From Octopus sinensis (Eukaryota): a stretch of 64,000 nt of DNA. A program made the position numbers and the translations under genes. How positions within the stretch are numbered: the first letter of the stretch is position 1; each line of letters opens with the position of its first letter. Below are positions 37,150 through 64,000 of this stretch, in pieces. The notes below the pieces were generated by a model. The model did no database searches. It was not told the DNA's origin and saw only the letters and a list, made by a program, of their open reading frames with translations. The stretch covers positions 59,148,001 to 59,212,000 of the forward strand of contig NC_042997.1 of NCBI RefSeq assembly GCF_006345805.1, written 5' to 3'.

Positions 37150-38428
37150 ATTTTTAAATAAAAATATTTGAAAATTTCACAATTTTTGTTCTGAACAGGA
37201 ATGCAGTTCAAAATTAACCGCAAGTGGTAAACACAATTTTTATATCCTTTTATGTGAGAAGCAACTGATTTCATTTTAGAAACAAAGCCTTTCACTTTTC
37301 CAGTCATGGCTGCAGCTCCATGTGATGTAATGTTGATTAAATTAGTAAATGGAATATTTTTATCATTAAAGTACTGCATTACTTCATTGAATATATCTTC
37401 TCCATTAGTAGTTTCAGACAAACTCTTAATGAATAACATTTCTTCCCTTATATCACCTTCATGGATGAATCTGATATAGACCAGAGGATAGCTTGGTTAT
37501 GAATTGTGCTATCATCAACCTGGATAGAAAAATTTGTTTTTTAGAGAATTTCTGCAATCTTCTCTTATCTATACAAAATTAGACATTTCATCCTGTCTTC
37601 TTGTAATTGTACTCAGAGTAAATGTAGTATCTTTTCTCAGAACCTCATTTACACAAGTTATCATAGCAGGCTTGACAAGTTTCTCACCATAAATCTGCAA
37701 CCTTGGCAATAATTTCAGAGACCAAATAACTTGGTTTGAGTGTCTTAGCTTTTTCAGTATTTATCTTCTTTACAAAGTCAGGTAGTTTGATTGGCTGTAT
37801 TTTCTTTTTATTCTCAAAATATTCCCTACCTTTAACAACAGATGATGGATGCCTTAATTTCTGGTGCTGCTACAGCTTAACTTTCTTCATGGAATGATTT
37901 GTCATGATGGCATCACACTCAAGACAGATTTTGAGTCTACAGATACAAAACCAAACATGATAAAATCTTCTTTGGAGTTCCTCAGTTTTACCTTTTTAGC
38001 AGTTGATTCAGACATTATTACAACTGATCTTTAAAAAAAATAAAAATAATAAATACTTTATTTCTATAAATTAAAAGTATTAAATTTATTATTAAGCAAT
38101 ATTGTGTAGTGATCTATTAAAAATATCAAATTTATTGTGAAACTGTCGTGATTGTAAAATTTAAATTATGTAATTCTTGATTGTAATATATTATTGATTA
38201 TATATTATACATTATTGATTCTTATGGAATAATTATTGAATTTTGTTTTCTTATTTATTATTCTGTCTTCATATAACTTCTTATTAACTAACAGTGTCTT
38301 TATTATCGAACAATATTGTGTAGATCTGAAATGGCTTCAATTTTTTTATGGCTACAAATTCTCTGGGGACCACTATAAAATTTCTGGGCACCACCGGTGG
38401 GTCGCAGGAACGACGTTGGGAATCATTG
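37150..38428 (-). mobile_element. hAT (Buster/Charlie-type) DNA transposon relic: 5' end plus transposase fragments
   Basis: CAATGATTCCCAAC TIR-like end at 38428; BED-finger-like remnant; HTIGEKLVKPA, FSIQVDDST, EEMLFIKSL..TNGEDIF..GAAAMTGK pieces with stops. Confidence 0.75.
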
Positions 38429-39341
38429 GTTTAAACTATGCTTCAACTAAAACTAGTCAATCAAATTTACATAACAGGACAATTGCTGATGAAGTGCACA
38501 AATTAAATCACTTGCAATATATTACACATTTTTTCCCTCCCGATAATCTTAAATGTAGTTTAATGTAATACCACCTATTAAATATACAATATTGGCATTG
38601 CTGTAAAAACTAAACAAAATTATTACATCACAGGTTTTAAATAAATTTCTCTCTGAGTAGAAAAAGAGGGATCTATTTGGTAAAAGTTCTAGCAGGAACT
38701 AGTGAAGTCGAACCCACTCTTTCTATCCATAAAGATTTAAAAAAAAACTGTTGTGTAATCTCTTAGCTTACTTTCTTTCCATGACGAAATAAAAATTTTA
38801 TGGTTAATAAAACATTTACTTAATGTTATATGGCATAGCATAACTACATCTGAATTTAAAGTATCTACTGTCGATGTATGAATAAATTACATGAGTAAAT
38901 GTCAGTTAAGAAGCTTATTATTTTTATGGGAAAAAAATCATCACTTGGTTGGTGCTGAATAAGTGAAAAAAGTGGAAATCAATAATAAAATATTTTCTAA
39001 AATGCTGCATATTTCGTTGAAAATAAATTACTTCTAAAACCGGCGAGAAAAGTAGACGCACTGAAGTATTGTTCTGTCTAAAAGCCAGAGCGAACCAGCC
39101 ATAGTATTTTGAAATGTTGACGTGTACATAAATAAAAACAACACCGCTGCCTCCGTTCATTGGCCAGTTGTGTAATCTCGTCTCAACGTTGATTTTAAAA
39201 ATAAATATTTTAAACACAACTAAATGGTTTTAATTAATAACAATTCATATGGTTATGCAATTTAAATATCTGTCGAAAATTGAAGAATTATTTGAAAATA
39301 TTTGTCATTAAATATAATCTCAGGGCTGCGCTAACGCGAAG

Positions 39342-39347
39342 TCAGTT
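39342..39347 (+). promoter_or_regulatory. Initiator-like TCAGTT, probable Sec61a TSS region
   Basis: TCAGTY Inr match in a CpG-richer patch 160 bp upstream of the ATG. Confidence 0.35.
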
Positions 39348-39501
39348 GCGAAGCTGGTAGCGTATGACGTATGTAAGATCTTTCATGCTCTCCTGATACC
39401 GTGGTCGGATTTAACGATTCAGTTTCTCGTTTGAGTTCTATTAGGGTTTGGTTATTTCCAACTATTTCATATGGTCTTTTAACGGGAACACTTGTTAAAC
39501 C

Positions 39502-55809
<16,308 letters not shown>

Positions 55810-57149
55810 GTTTATTTCCAATTTGAGTGACAGAAGAAATGAAAGCTTACAACTTTATTCTGTTTATTTTGTCTTCACACACAAACACATTCATACTTTG
55901 GAAACTATTATTGTCAGCTTGTGGGCACAGTTTAGACATGGCCATTTGCTTATCCAAGTTGTTAGCTGACTGGCTAATAATTACATTCTCACCTGTGCTT
56001 TATTAAGCTTTTTGTTTTGAAGTAGGTGAGTATGCTGAGCCTTGCCAGTTGCTACAGCTTGACTTCTGTGTATGTGTGTGCATGTGTGCACACCCATCTT
56101 TGGATGACGCTCACTCCTGAATCTTCTGCAACATTTACCTCCCAAATGTCATATCAAAACTCTGGCCATTTCTAGGTTTTACTAGCCTACTTTCTTCACG
56201 ATCCTAATAACATAAGGATAGGGGCAAAATACATAAACATGTTGGAAACCCTGCAAACTAACCAAACCACTTCTAAAACTTCAGTCTTGTACATTCTTCA
56301 ATGTCTTTGACCATACATATATCAGGAGTTGCCTAATAGAACTAAATGGTAAACAAGAAACTAGGAAAAAAATTTTTATTTAAAAAAATAATAATCAAAA
56401 TAAATAAGAAAATCCTGAAAGACTTTAGTTAAAAAAAAAAAAAACAGGAAAGACAAAAAAATCTGAAACTGTTCTTTTGTTTTGTTTCCATACTGAGGTT
56501 TGTTTCTTGAATTGTATTTGAGACAAGTTATATTTTTGTTTTAAATTTTGTTAATATTTAGTATTTCAAGGATCAACCTAATCAAGCCAAATAAGCTTGC
56601 AAGTATTCTCTAGAAATCATTGTTTGTCAAGTAGTTTAATGCAGCCTGGAAAGTTTAGCCAAGATCTTTTAGCTTATCTCAGCAAATAATCATTGAGGAC
56701 AATGTGTGCAATATCAACACACTACTTCCACTCACTCTAGACCTGGTTGGTCATGTAAATATACAACTTACTCAACTAACCAAATTAACTGAAAAGCTTT
56801 AAGAATATTCTAATATATTATCTTCCTACATCTCATTTCTGGTTCTAATGAATATATCTGCTGAGTGTATTTCCCCTTACAAAAATTATTTTTAGTTTAA
56901 CATTCCACTCCAACACTACACATAAATGGTCCAAGTTGACTCCTAACAACTCTTCTTTGGAATGGGTATTGGATATTAACTGGATTGTAAACATTGCAAA
57001 AAATCAATGAATTTTACTTTTATTTTCACAGATGTATCATAGCACCAGAAAAGGAGTAAAGTATTGTCTAGAGTTTTAAGTCTTTTACCAAATTTGCATG
57101 TTTCATTCATATTATTTCCTAGAACTTTGACAGCCAATAATTGGTTTAT

Positions 57150-57650
57150 TACATGTTCATTAAGAATTTCTTTAATGACATAAAAACGGTTAGGTTAGAA
57201 TCATCCCACATAATTTTAACAGTACACTTAAGACCATTGAATAAGTGTACTCGTCTTAAATTAATTTCACCAGATTCTTTCCTTACATTTTTCTCTCTAA
57301 AACTCCATTTGAAGTAAATTCTGTAACTCACTGTTCACAAGCTGCTATTAACAAACAACAATGTATGCCTTTTTCAAATACAATTGCCTCTACATTGAAT
57401 CTTCTTATATAAACCCTACTCTCTGTTTGTTGCTGTTCGCAGATATTACATTTTGATAAAAAAAAATATCCTTCAATATGATATGGTGCTCTATTTGTCT
57501 TCTTCAAGATGTTCAGAGTCCTGTCTCTCCCAACTGCTCTCTGTAAGTGTTGCTGATGAACTGGTAAATAAATATAAAATAAATATGAAAGATGTGTTTG
57601 GGGAACAAGTTTCCTGTGTGGTCAAAAGTTGGTTTCTCTTTATTTTATTT
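57150..57650 (-). mobile_element. Possible decayed Gypsy/Ginger-type integrase relic
   Basis: Minus-strand pieces GRDRTLNILKK..FLSKCNICEQQQ (integrase Zn-binding-like) and TEFTSNGVLERK (SNG..ER-like); frameshifted. Confidence 0.35.
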
Positions 57651-58639
57651 TTTACAGATGACCCCTAAACAGCTCCCTGGTTCTTTTCATAATTTAAGAT
57701 ATCTATTTTTTGCCAAATAATGACAAGATTGAGCTGCTGAACACAACTGAAAATATTGTCTTCTCAGACTTTGCTGCATTCATTGATTTGTTTTATTGAG
57801 TCAAAGTGCATTACTTTGCTTAGTTCACATTGAGTAAATTGATAGTAAATTTGATGGCCGTGTGGTTATTTTCTGTTGGAAAACATGTTGAGGAGTGGAA
57901 TGTATTTACTTATGGTGATTTCTGTATTATTACTAGTTATTCTATATTATTACTGAAAACTGGGACTTTCTGTTATACATAGATTACCTTGCTTGGAAAC
58001 AGGTGAGGGTTGATGACAGAAAAGCATCTTGCTAGAAATCTACCTCAATGAATTTCGTCTAAACCATGCAAGCATGGAATAAGTGGATGTTAACGATTAT
58101 ATATAGTGTGGTTACAAACAATTCTCTCTAGGTTTACTTTTAACTCTATTCAGCTTTGTAGAAGTGAAAGTTTTTATGTGTGAATGAGACATCTTTACTG
58201 CCTGAAACTTGATTTAATAAATTTGAAATTTAATAAGAAACTGTGTTTAATGGTTTGTGCTGTTATACATTTGCATAGTAAACTATTACATAACTAAATA
58301 CAGTAGTATAACTCAAGGTAAAATAGTTGTGGGGGAAAAAAGAGTATGTTCTTCCTGGCTCCTCTAGGAGTAACATGGTGCAGCATTGTTAAAGACTTTT
58401 CTTGTGGAATATACTTAGGTTTAAGAATTTTGAATTAAAGTATTTAATACACTTTAGCAAGATTGTATTTCAAGCAACACTTCAACAGTTATCTTTTTAT
58501 TGAGCACTTTATTTGTAAAGTGTTAATAAAAGTTTGGCAAAAAACAATTTTGATCAAGTATGTCCTTTAGTATCTCATACTTTCTTGTAATTTCTTTTTA
58601 ATTAGGTGTTGGTAATCCAAATTATTCTAAAATAAAGAA

Positions 58640-58780
58640 CACGTAAAACACTCAGCACACTATAAGTAGTTGGCATTAGGAAGGGCATCCAGCCATAGAT
58701 ACCATGCCACAACAGACAATTGGAGTCTGAACAGCTCCATATCAAACTATCCAACCCATAGAAAGCAGACATTAAATAGT
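58640..58780 (+). mobile_element. RTE 3'-tail copy
   Basis: taaaacactcagcacact...gttggcattaggaagggcatccagcc...ccaacccat. Confidence 0.75.
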
Positions 58781-61700
58781 GGAAGACATTTGACATATTT
58801 GAAATTTCTAATCTTGTTGAGTATCTTTCAAAACAGCAGTTAAAATTTTAATTGCAAAGACTGATTTATTTAATAAATTAACTTAATTTTCTAGAAATAC
58901 ATCATGACTGTTTTGTTTTTGGCTATAATTTTATCTTTAAAACTTAGTTGGTACAAATATTTTTGAGAGCATTAAGTGCACTGCTCTTTTGATCATTGAT
59001 TCTGAGGAAGATATGATTAGTATTAAGAACATTTATTGGAAATGGTATAATGTGAAGTAACAAATCAGATCTTTATTTGAAAGATTTCTCCATTTTCATG
59101 TGGTGTGTTAGACATAGATTAAATTAACAGGAGTAACTTGCATTGAGTAGCTATATCAATGAAAATTATTCTCTAATTTCCAAGTCTTCAGAACAGAAAC
59201 TTTGAGAATTCATTTTATAACTAATATCAAGTGGATTGTATGAGAAAGGAAAGATTGTTGCAATCTTTTGCAACAACAATATATACATAATTGTAACAAT
59301 ATATGGTTTGTAAAATAATTCATTAATTGTCATAACAAACTCTTCCACTTAAAAAGGTGAATACTACAGATAACTAAAAATGTTTTGCTACCTTCCTGAA
59401 CATCTTCATACCAAAATTTAGTTAGACATTTTGTGAAAACAAAAACATTCACTTTTCGATACAGTAGGCTATTTTAATGGTTCAATTTTATAAAGGTTGT
59501 TCAGTGTTGTATAAAATAGCAATAAAAGTCAGACCTTACATGAGGTTGGCTCAAGGACATTTTTTTTTCCCACATTCTTGAAGCTGGCTCATACCCCTTG
59601 ATAGTGCAGTTGACATACCTGTATTTCAGGAAAAAGATTTCACTGTTGCTGAGTTCCATTTAATTGTATTGAGAAATTCATCGGCTAAAGAAATGAGATA
59701 CTGCAGTAATACAAAGAGTTAATTTGAATGCCTTTACTTGACCTAGTTATTTCATACGATTACATCTTTTTTAGTGACAATCTTCCTAAACTCAACGTGT
59801 CACTCGTTAAAAAGAAAATGTATACACTAGGAGAGTTAGGGTAAACCTCTCTTATATAAATATATTACATATATTTATATACACACACACTAAAGAGAAA
59901 TTAGCAGCTTCCTCAGATTCCATTTTTCTCATAGCGCTTTTCAAACCAGGAAGAACTTACAGAATGTGGATAAATTTCCGTAAAGTATTTATATTTTATA
60001 TATAGAAACATTTTTTAAAAAATAGTCCAAATAAGTATATTTAATCCTTAACAAAACAGAGAACTTTAAATATTTTGCAACCAAATAATCCCCAACAGGT
60101 CTACATTTGTGATGTTTCCGAATTTCGTCTTGGTTGTAAAATTAACATTTTTTAAAACCTAGTGTTATATGGAAGAAAAAATTATATACAAGCACATAAA
60201 TGTAACAATGAGTGGATATTTGTAAAACAATTCCTTAATTGTTCCACTAAAAGATGAATGCAACTGATAAGTACTGTAAAAATGTTATGCTAACTTACTG
60301 TACGTCTTCATTGTAAAATTCAATTAGAAAATTATTAAAATAAGAGCATATTAATAATTTAACCCCATATATTCAAATAGTCGAAATTTAATAAAAAAAA
60401 TTGTAAGATTTACGTAATGAATGAATTTTTTTATTTTTATATATTAATGGTTTTTTGATTGGGAGATTTACAGTTTTAAATTTCGAAGTTCAATTACTCT
60501 CTTCACGTTGAGGCGGGGGGGGGGTCATGCAACTGTCTGGTGGGGAAACAAATCTTGAATCAATGAAAAGAGAATTTGTAGTGAGTAGATAGATATGTCA
60601 GTGGAAATTGTTAGCATCGTTATTTAAATCTCTATTCTCTAATTTTTTTCCAATGCTGACATGCAAAGGCAAAGTTTTGGTAAATTTTTCGTAGAGTTTT
60701 AAATGAACGAGAAAACTTTCGTAGAGTTTTGAATGAAACATTAAGAATTTTTTAAATGAAGTAATATTTTTTTATAGAAACACGGTATTAAATTCCATTG
60801 GCGGGGTATTCACTGCTCCTGGAAAGAAATCTTCAAGGAACTTGTGACATTCATTACAATTTTACTTCTAATAATCGCATGACACACGAGACGTCGTCAT
60901 CAGCCGTGGAGATAAAAGCAGAGTTCGCTGAATTCAAACCGTACAAAAACGGATATAGAGAACGAAACCAATAATTTCAAACATATTTCTGTCAAACAGC
61001 AGATGTATTTAAGCTCTAAGTGACATATTGCAGCAAAGAAATACATATAATAAAGAAAAATCCTTAATTTTAACTTGATCCGGCCATAGGTAATAGCGAA
61101 ATTCGTAACTGTCTTCAGACACCAAATTATCACATGAAAACGTAGAGTTAGGTAACTGTCATAAAACAACATTATAGGGAAAATGTTGATTTTTTTTTTT
61201 TTTTGGTTATTAAGAATAATGAAATTATTTTCTCGACATCAAAGATACATTTTTGCAAATAGATAATAAAATAGATATTAGAGAAAACAATTGTTCTTGC
61301 GTTTCCGAGAAACTTGTTTGATATAAAAGCATTGTGACCTAAGTGGGGGAAACAAGTGTTTCGACCATTCCCTTCCTATACGAAAGAGCCGCTATTAGCA
61401 CTCGTGTGTGATGTCATGAGTTTGTCATGGTGAATGTTAATATTCCTCTGACGACAATAACAGGAGTGGCTGGTTATACTTAATTTGACAACTACATCCG
61501 TCTTGTCAGTCGCCGAGTTCTAAAATGGATTTAACTGAGGCAACGAACGAGCCTCTGTATACGGACTTTCGACCTGCTAGAAATAGCAGCTAGATCTCCC
61601 TGACGTTCTGAAAAGTGGATAATATAATCCTCGATACAATGTCTGGAAATAAGAATGGAGATGGCAAAAACGCCTCTTATAGATTTGTTTAATCAGGACT

Positions 61701-62439
61701 ACCCAGAGCAAAATAACAACCGTGAGGTAAACCACCTGCAAATCAACTACTTTTAAATGTGCTATGCTATTGGATAATGAGTATCGATAATAGGGGCTGC
61801 AGGTTGACCGTTCATATCCAGTCGTTGAATCTGGGCTATATCTATGACCAATATGCCTAATACCCAATGGCTTAGCACCCCAAGCAGCAAGGAATGGAAG
61901 CAATACATAGTTAACAAATGTTTGTAGGTTGCTCGACTGCGACAAGTTCCACAATTGTCTGCAGGAGCTTTGGTGACTGTACTAGAGTGATTATGCTAAA
62001 TGATCACCACTACAGTTACCAGAACGATTTGGTGTCTAATTCGATACAAATTTTCTTTACAAAGAAATCACTAAACTCCAAAAATTAACTCCGTGAATTA
62101 AACTAACTGGTGATACTTTCAACATTAACAGTTACTAGCCTGCATGTCAAAAAAAAATTGAAACTATTAAATATACAATGAGTTCGAAGTATAAATTTTG
62201 AACTGTCTTTGAAAAGCAGCTGGTAGCATATTTAGACTGGTAACCTACTGCCTCAAGAGTTGACATTTTGTGCCTTGTCGTCAGCAATGTTCTAATTCTT
62301 GAGAATTTAATATATTCAGTTGGGATAAGGCATATTTTAGTGAGACACTTCAAGGCTACAAACAACGAATGCTTGTTTGTATTATAGGGATCAAATCTAC
62401 AAAAAAAAAAAAAGAATATTTTGTCATTGGGATACTTTT

Positions 62440-62776
62440 TACTCTTTTACTTGTTTCAGTCATTTGACTGGCCATGCTGGAGCACCACCTTTTAGTCGAG
62501 CAAATCGACCCCGGGACTTATTCTTTGTAAGCCCAGTACATATTCTATCGGTCTCTTTTGCCGAACCGCTAAGTTACGGGGACGTAAACACACCAGCATC
62601 GGTTGTCAAGCGATGTTGGGGGGACAAACACATACACATATATACGACGGGCTTCTTTCAGTTTCCGTCTACCAAATCCACTCACACTTGAAGACACTTG
62701 CCCAAGGTGCCACGCAGTGGGACTGAACTCGGAACCATGTGGTTGGTAAGCAAGCTACTTACCACACAGCCACTCA
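62440..62776 (-). mobile_element. tRNA-derived SINE (family A), young copy
   Basis: Highly similar to 24900-25240 over ~330 bp. Confidence 0.9.
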
Positions 62777-62879
62777 TGTCTTTCCATGTAATGGAACAAT
62801 CTTTCTGTTGGGCTCATTCATCTTTTGGCAGGTCTTATTTTATCCTACTTGGAGTTGCTAGTTTAGTAGCTGTCTAAAC

Positions 62880-63560
62880 TGGCACCCGCATTATGTTATC
62901 ATGGTGAGAAAGATTGCCAGATGTGGCTAAGTTAAGAACAGCATGTTTGGGGTAAGAGGAAGGACCATGTCGAATGTAGGGACAAAGGCTAGACTGCATC
63001 AGAAGTTAACCATCTCAGTGGGCAGCAACCACAAAAGGAAATGATAAGAGTAAATAAAACCCTTAACTCTTCCTCGAATACCATGGACTCTCTAGTGCTG
63101 GTAACAAAATGCACCCATTACAGCCTTTAAAATAGCTGGAGATAGAAAAAGTGTCAATGAAACCATGCCAAAAATGTAATGTGTGAGTGAAGCAAAGATT
63201 CCATGAACTATATAGTTGGCTACCCATCTAGAAGAGCAGTAATTCCAAATAGGAGCCAACTGATAATCTATCCAAACTATACCAAAACGGAAAAACAGAT
63301 GATACACATATAGATTCGGTCATATTATATATGTATGTAAGTGTGTGTATTTCTTTCTCTCTCATATATAAGCTTAATTATTCTCTCATGCACTCTGATC
63401 CATATCACTACCAAAAATATGCCTACTTCACTAATCCCAGCACTGTTACTCATCCAGAATTTGTACACGTGTTCCTTGGATATGGGGTGTTTGGCAGAAG
63501 ATCCCTTTGACCTTATCTCTTGCACACAACTCATCTATGTCCCTCTACTCTAACATCTCT
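62880..63560 (-). mobile_element. Decayed RTE endonuclease-domain fragment
   Basis: SCVQEIRSKGSSAK..YKFW.SNSAGISEVGIFL resembles RTE APE motifs. Confidence 0.5.
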
Positions 63561-63639
63561 ACAACCTCTTCAGATCTAGCATTCATTGATGATAATTTGC
63601 ACCTGGTTAGGGATAGGAGAGTATACATACACATACACA

Positions 63640-64000
63640 CATATGAGCTGTGGCCATGCTAGGGCACCACCATATGGTGTTGCTACATAATTTTACTTCA
63701 CAAATGCTTTTTAGGTATTGACTTTTGGTTCATGAGGAAGCTTGATGCCACTGCCCTCATCTGCACCTCCTGCTGTGAAGTTGGCCCATCTGGGACACTT
63801 GACAGTAAGAGGTCCAGCTTTGTTTTGAAGACACCTATGTCCACCCCATGCAGGTCTCTCAGGTCCTTTGGGAGGATATCGAAGAGCTGAGGTCCTCTGA
63901 AGCTAAGGTTCTTGCAGTAGCTTGTCTTATACCTTGATGGCAAATTTGGAGTCCTTGGCACTATGCAGTGGCACCCAGTTCTAGTATTTGTGTAACTCTT
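63640..64000 (-). mobile_element. Second, older copy of the CR1/L2-group LINE 3' end (runs off the window)
   Basis: [13 protein letters not shown]...LLLSSVPDGPTSQQEVQMRA aligns with 14853-15150; same 3' UTR tail. Confidence 0.9.

Larger units (their letters stand above)
31900..37150 (-). mobile_element. Tx1/L1-clade non-LTR retrotransposon, decayed, internally deleted and interrupted by two insertions
   Basis: ORF1 from ATG 37108 (MNFAAAV...) with CCHC knuckle CFQCGKKGHLRSKC; APE endonuclease (FRLVGIHAPS, PGDFNAIL); post-RT LGIWFG and zf-RVT-like CPRCG..ET..HAF; stop at 31958. The RT core is missing. Confidence 0.85.

Noticed and set aside
59166-60320. Possible small minus-strand gene (ATGAAGACGTACA|gtaagt near 60313, donors at 59960 and 59619)
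   Set aside because: No consistent acceptor/frame chain or recognisable protein could be built.

Overview
AT-rich, intron-containing animal genomic DNA. The repeat families and their tRNA-SINE/RTE/CR1 mix look like an octopod cephalopod (Octopus-like); this is recognition, not a database result. Two housekeeping genes lie head-to-head and can be rebuilt exon by exon with GT-AG sites and consistent phases: V-ATPase V0 subunit d (ATP6V0D1-like, minus strand, 8 coding exons, 27290->4872, 349 aa) and Sec61 alpha (plus strand, 12 coding exons, 39502->55809, 475 aa). The 12 kb between them holds a nested transposon stack: a hAT/Buster relic next to a Tx1/L1 LINE, which is interrupted by a TSD-flanked solo LTR and an LTR-like TATA-polyA cassette that has an inverted homolog nearby. 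Introns carry several tRNA-derived SINE families, RTE and CR1-type LINE pieces, a piggyBac-type MITE, a 26-bp minisatellite and a near-perfect 836-bp triplication. The most unusual signals are (1) a tRNA-headed SINE-like element carrying a minimal type I hammerhead ribozyme fold at 24665-24710, and (2) a ~42-nt 3' tail shared between the dominant SINE and a young CR1-type LINE, i.e. a visible SINE-LINE partner pair. Most ORFs in the supplied track are spurious, antisense to exons, or transposon debris. Repeat boundaries are approximate unless TSD/TIR positions are stated.
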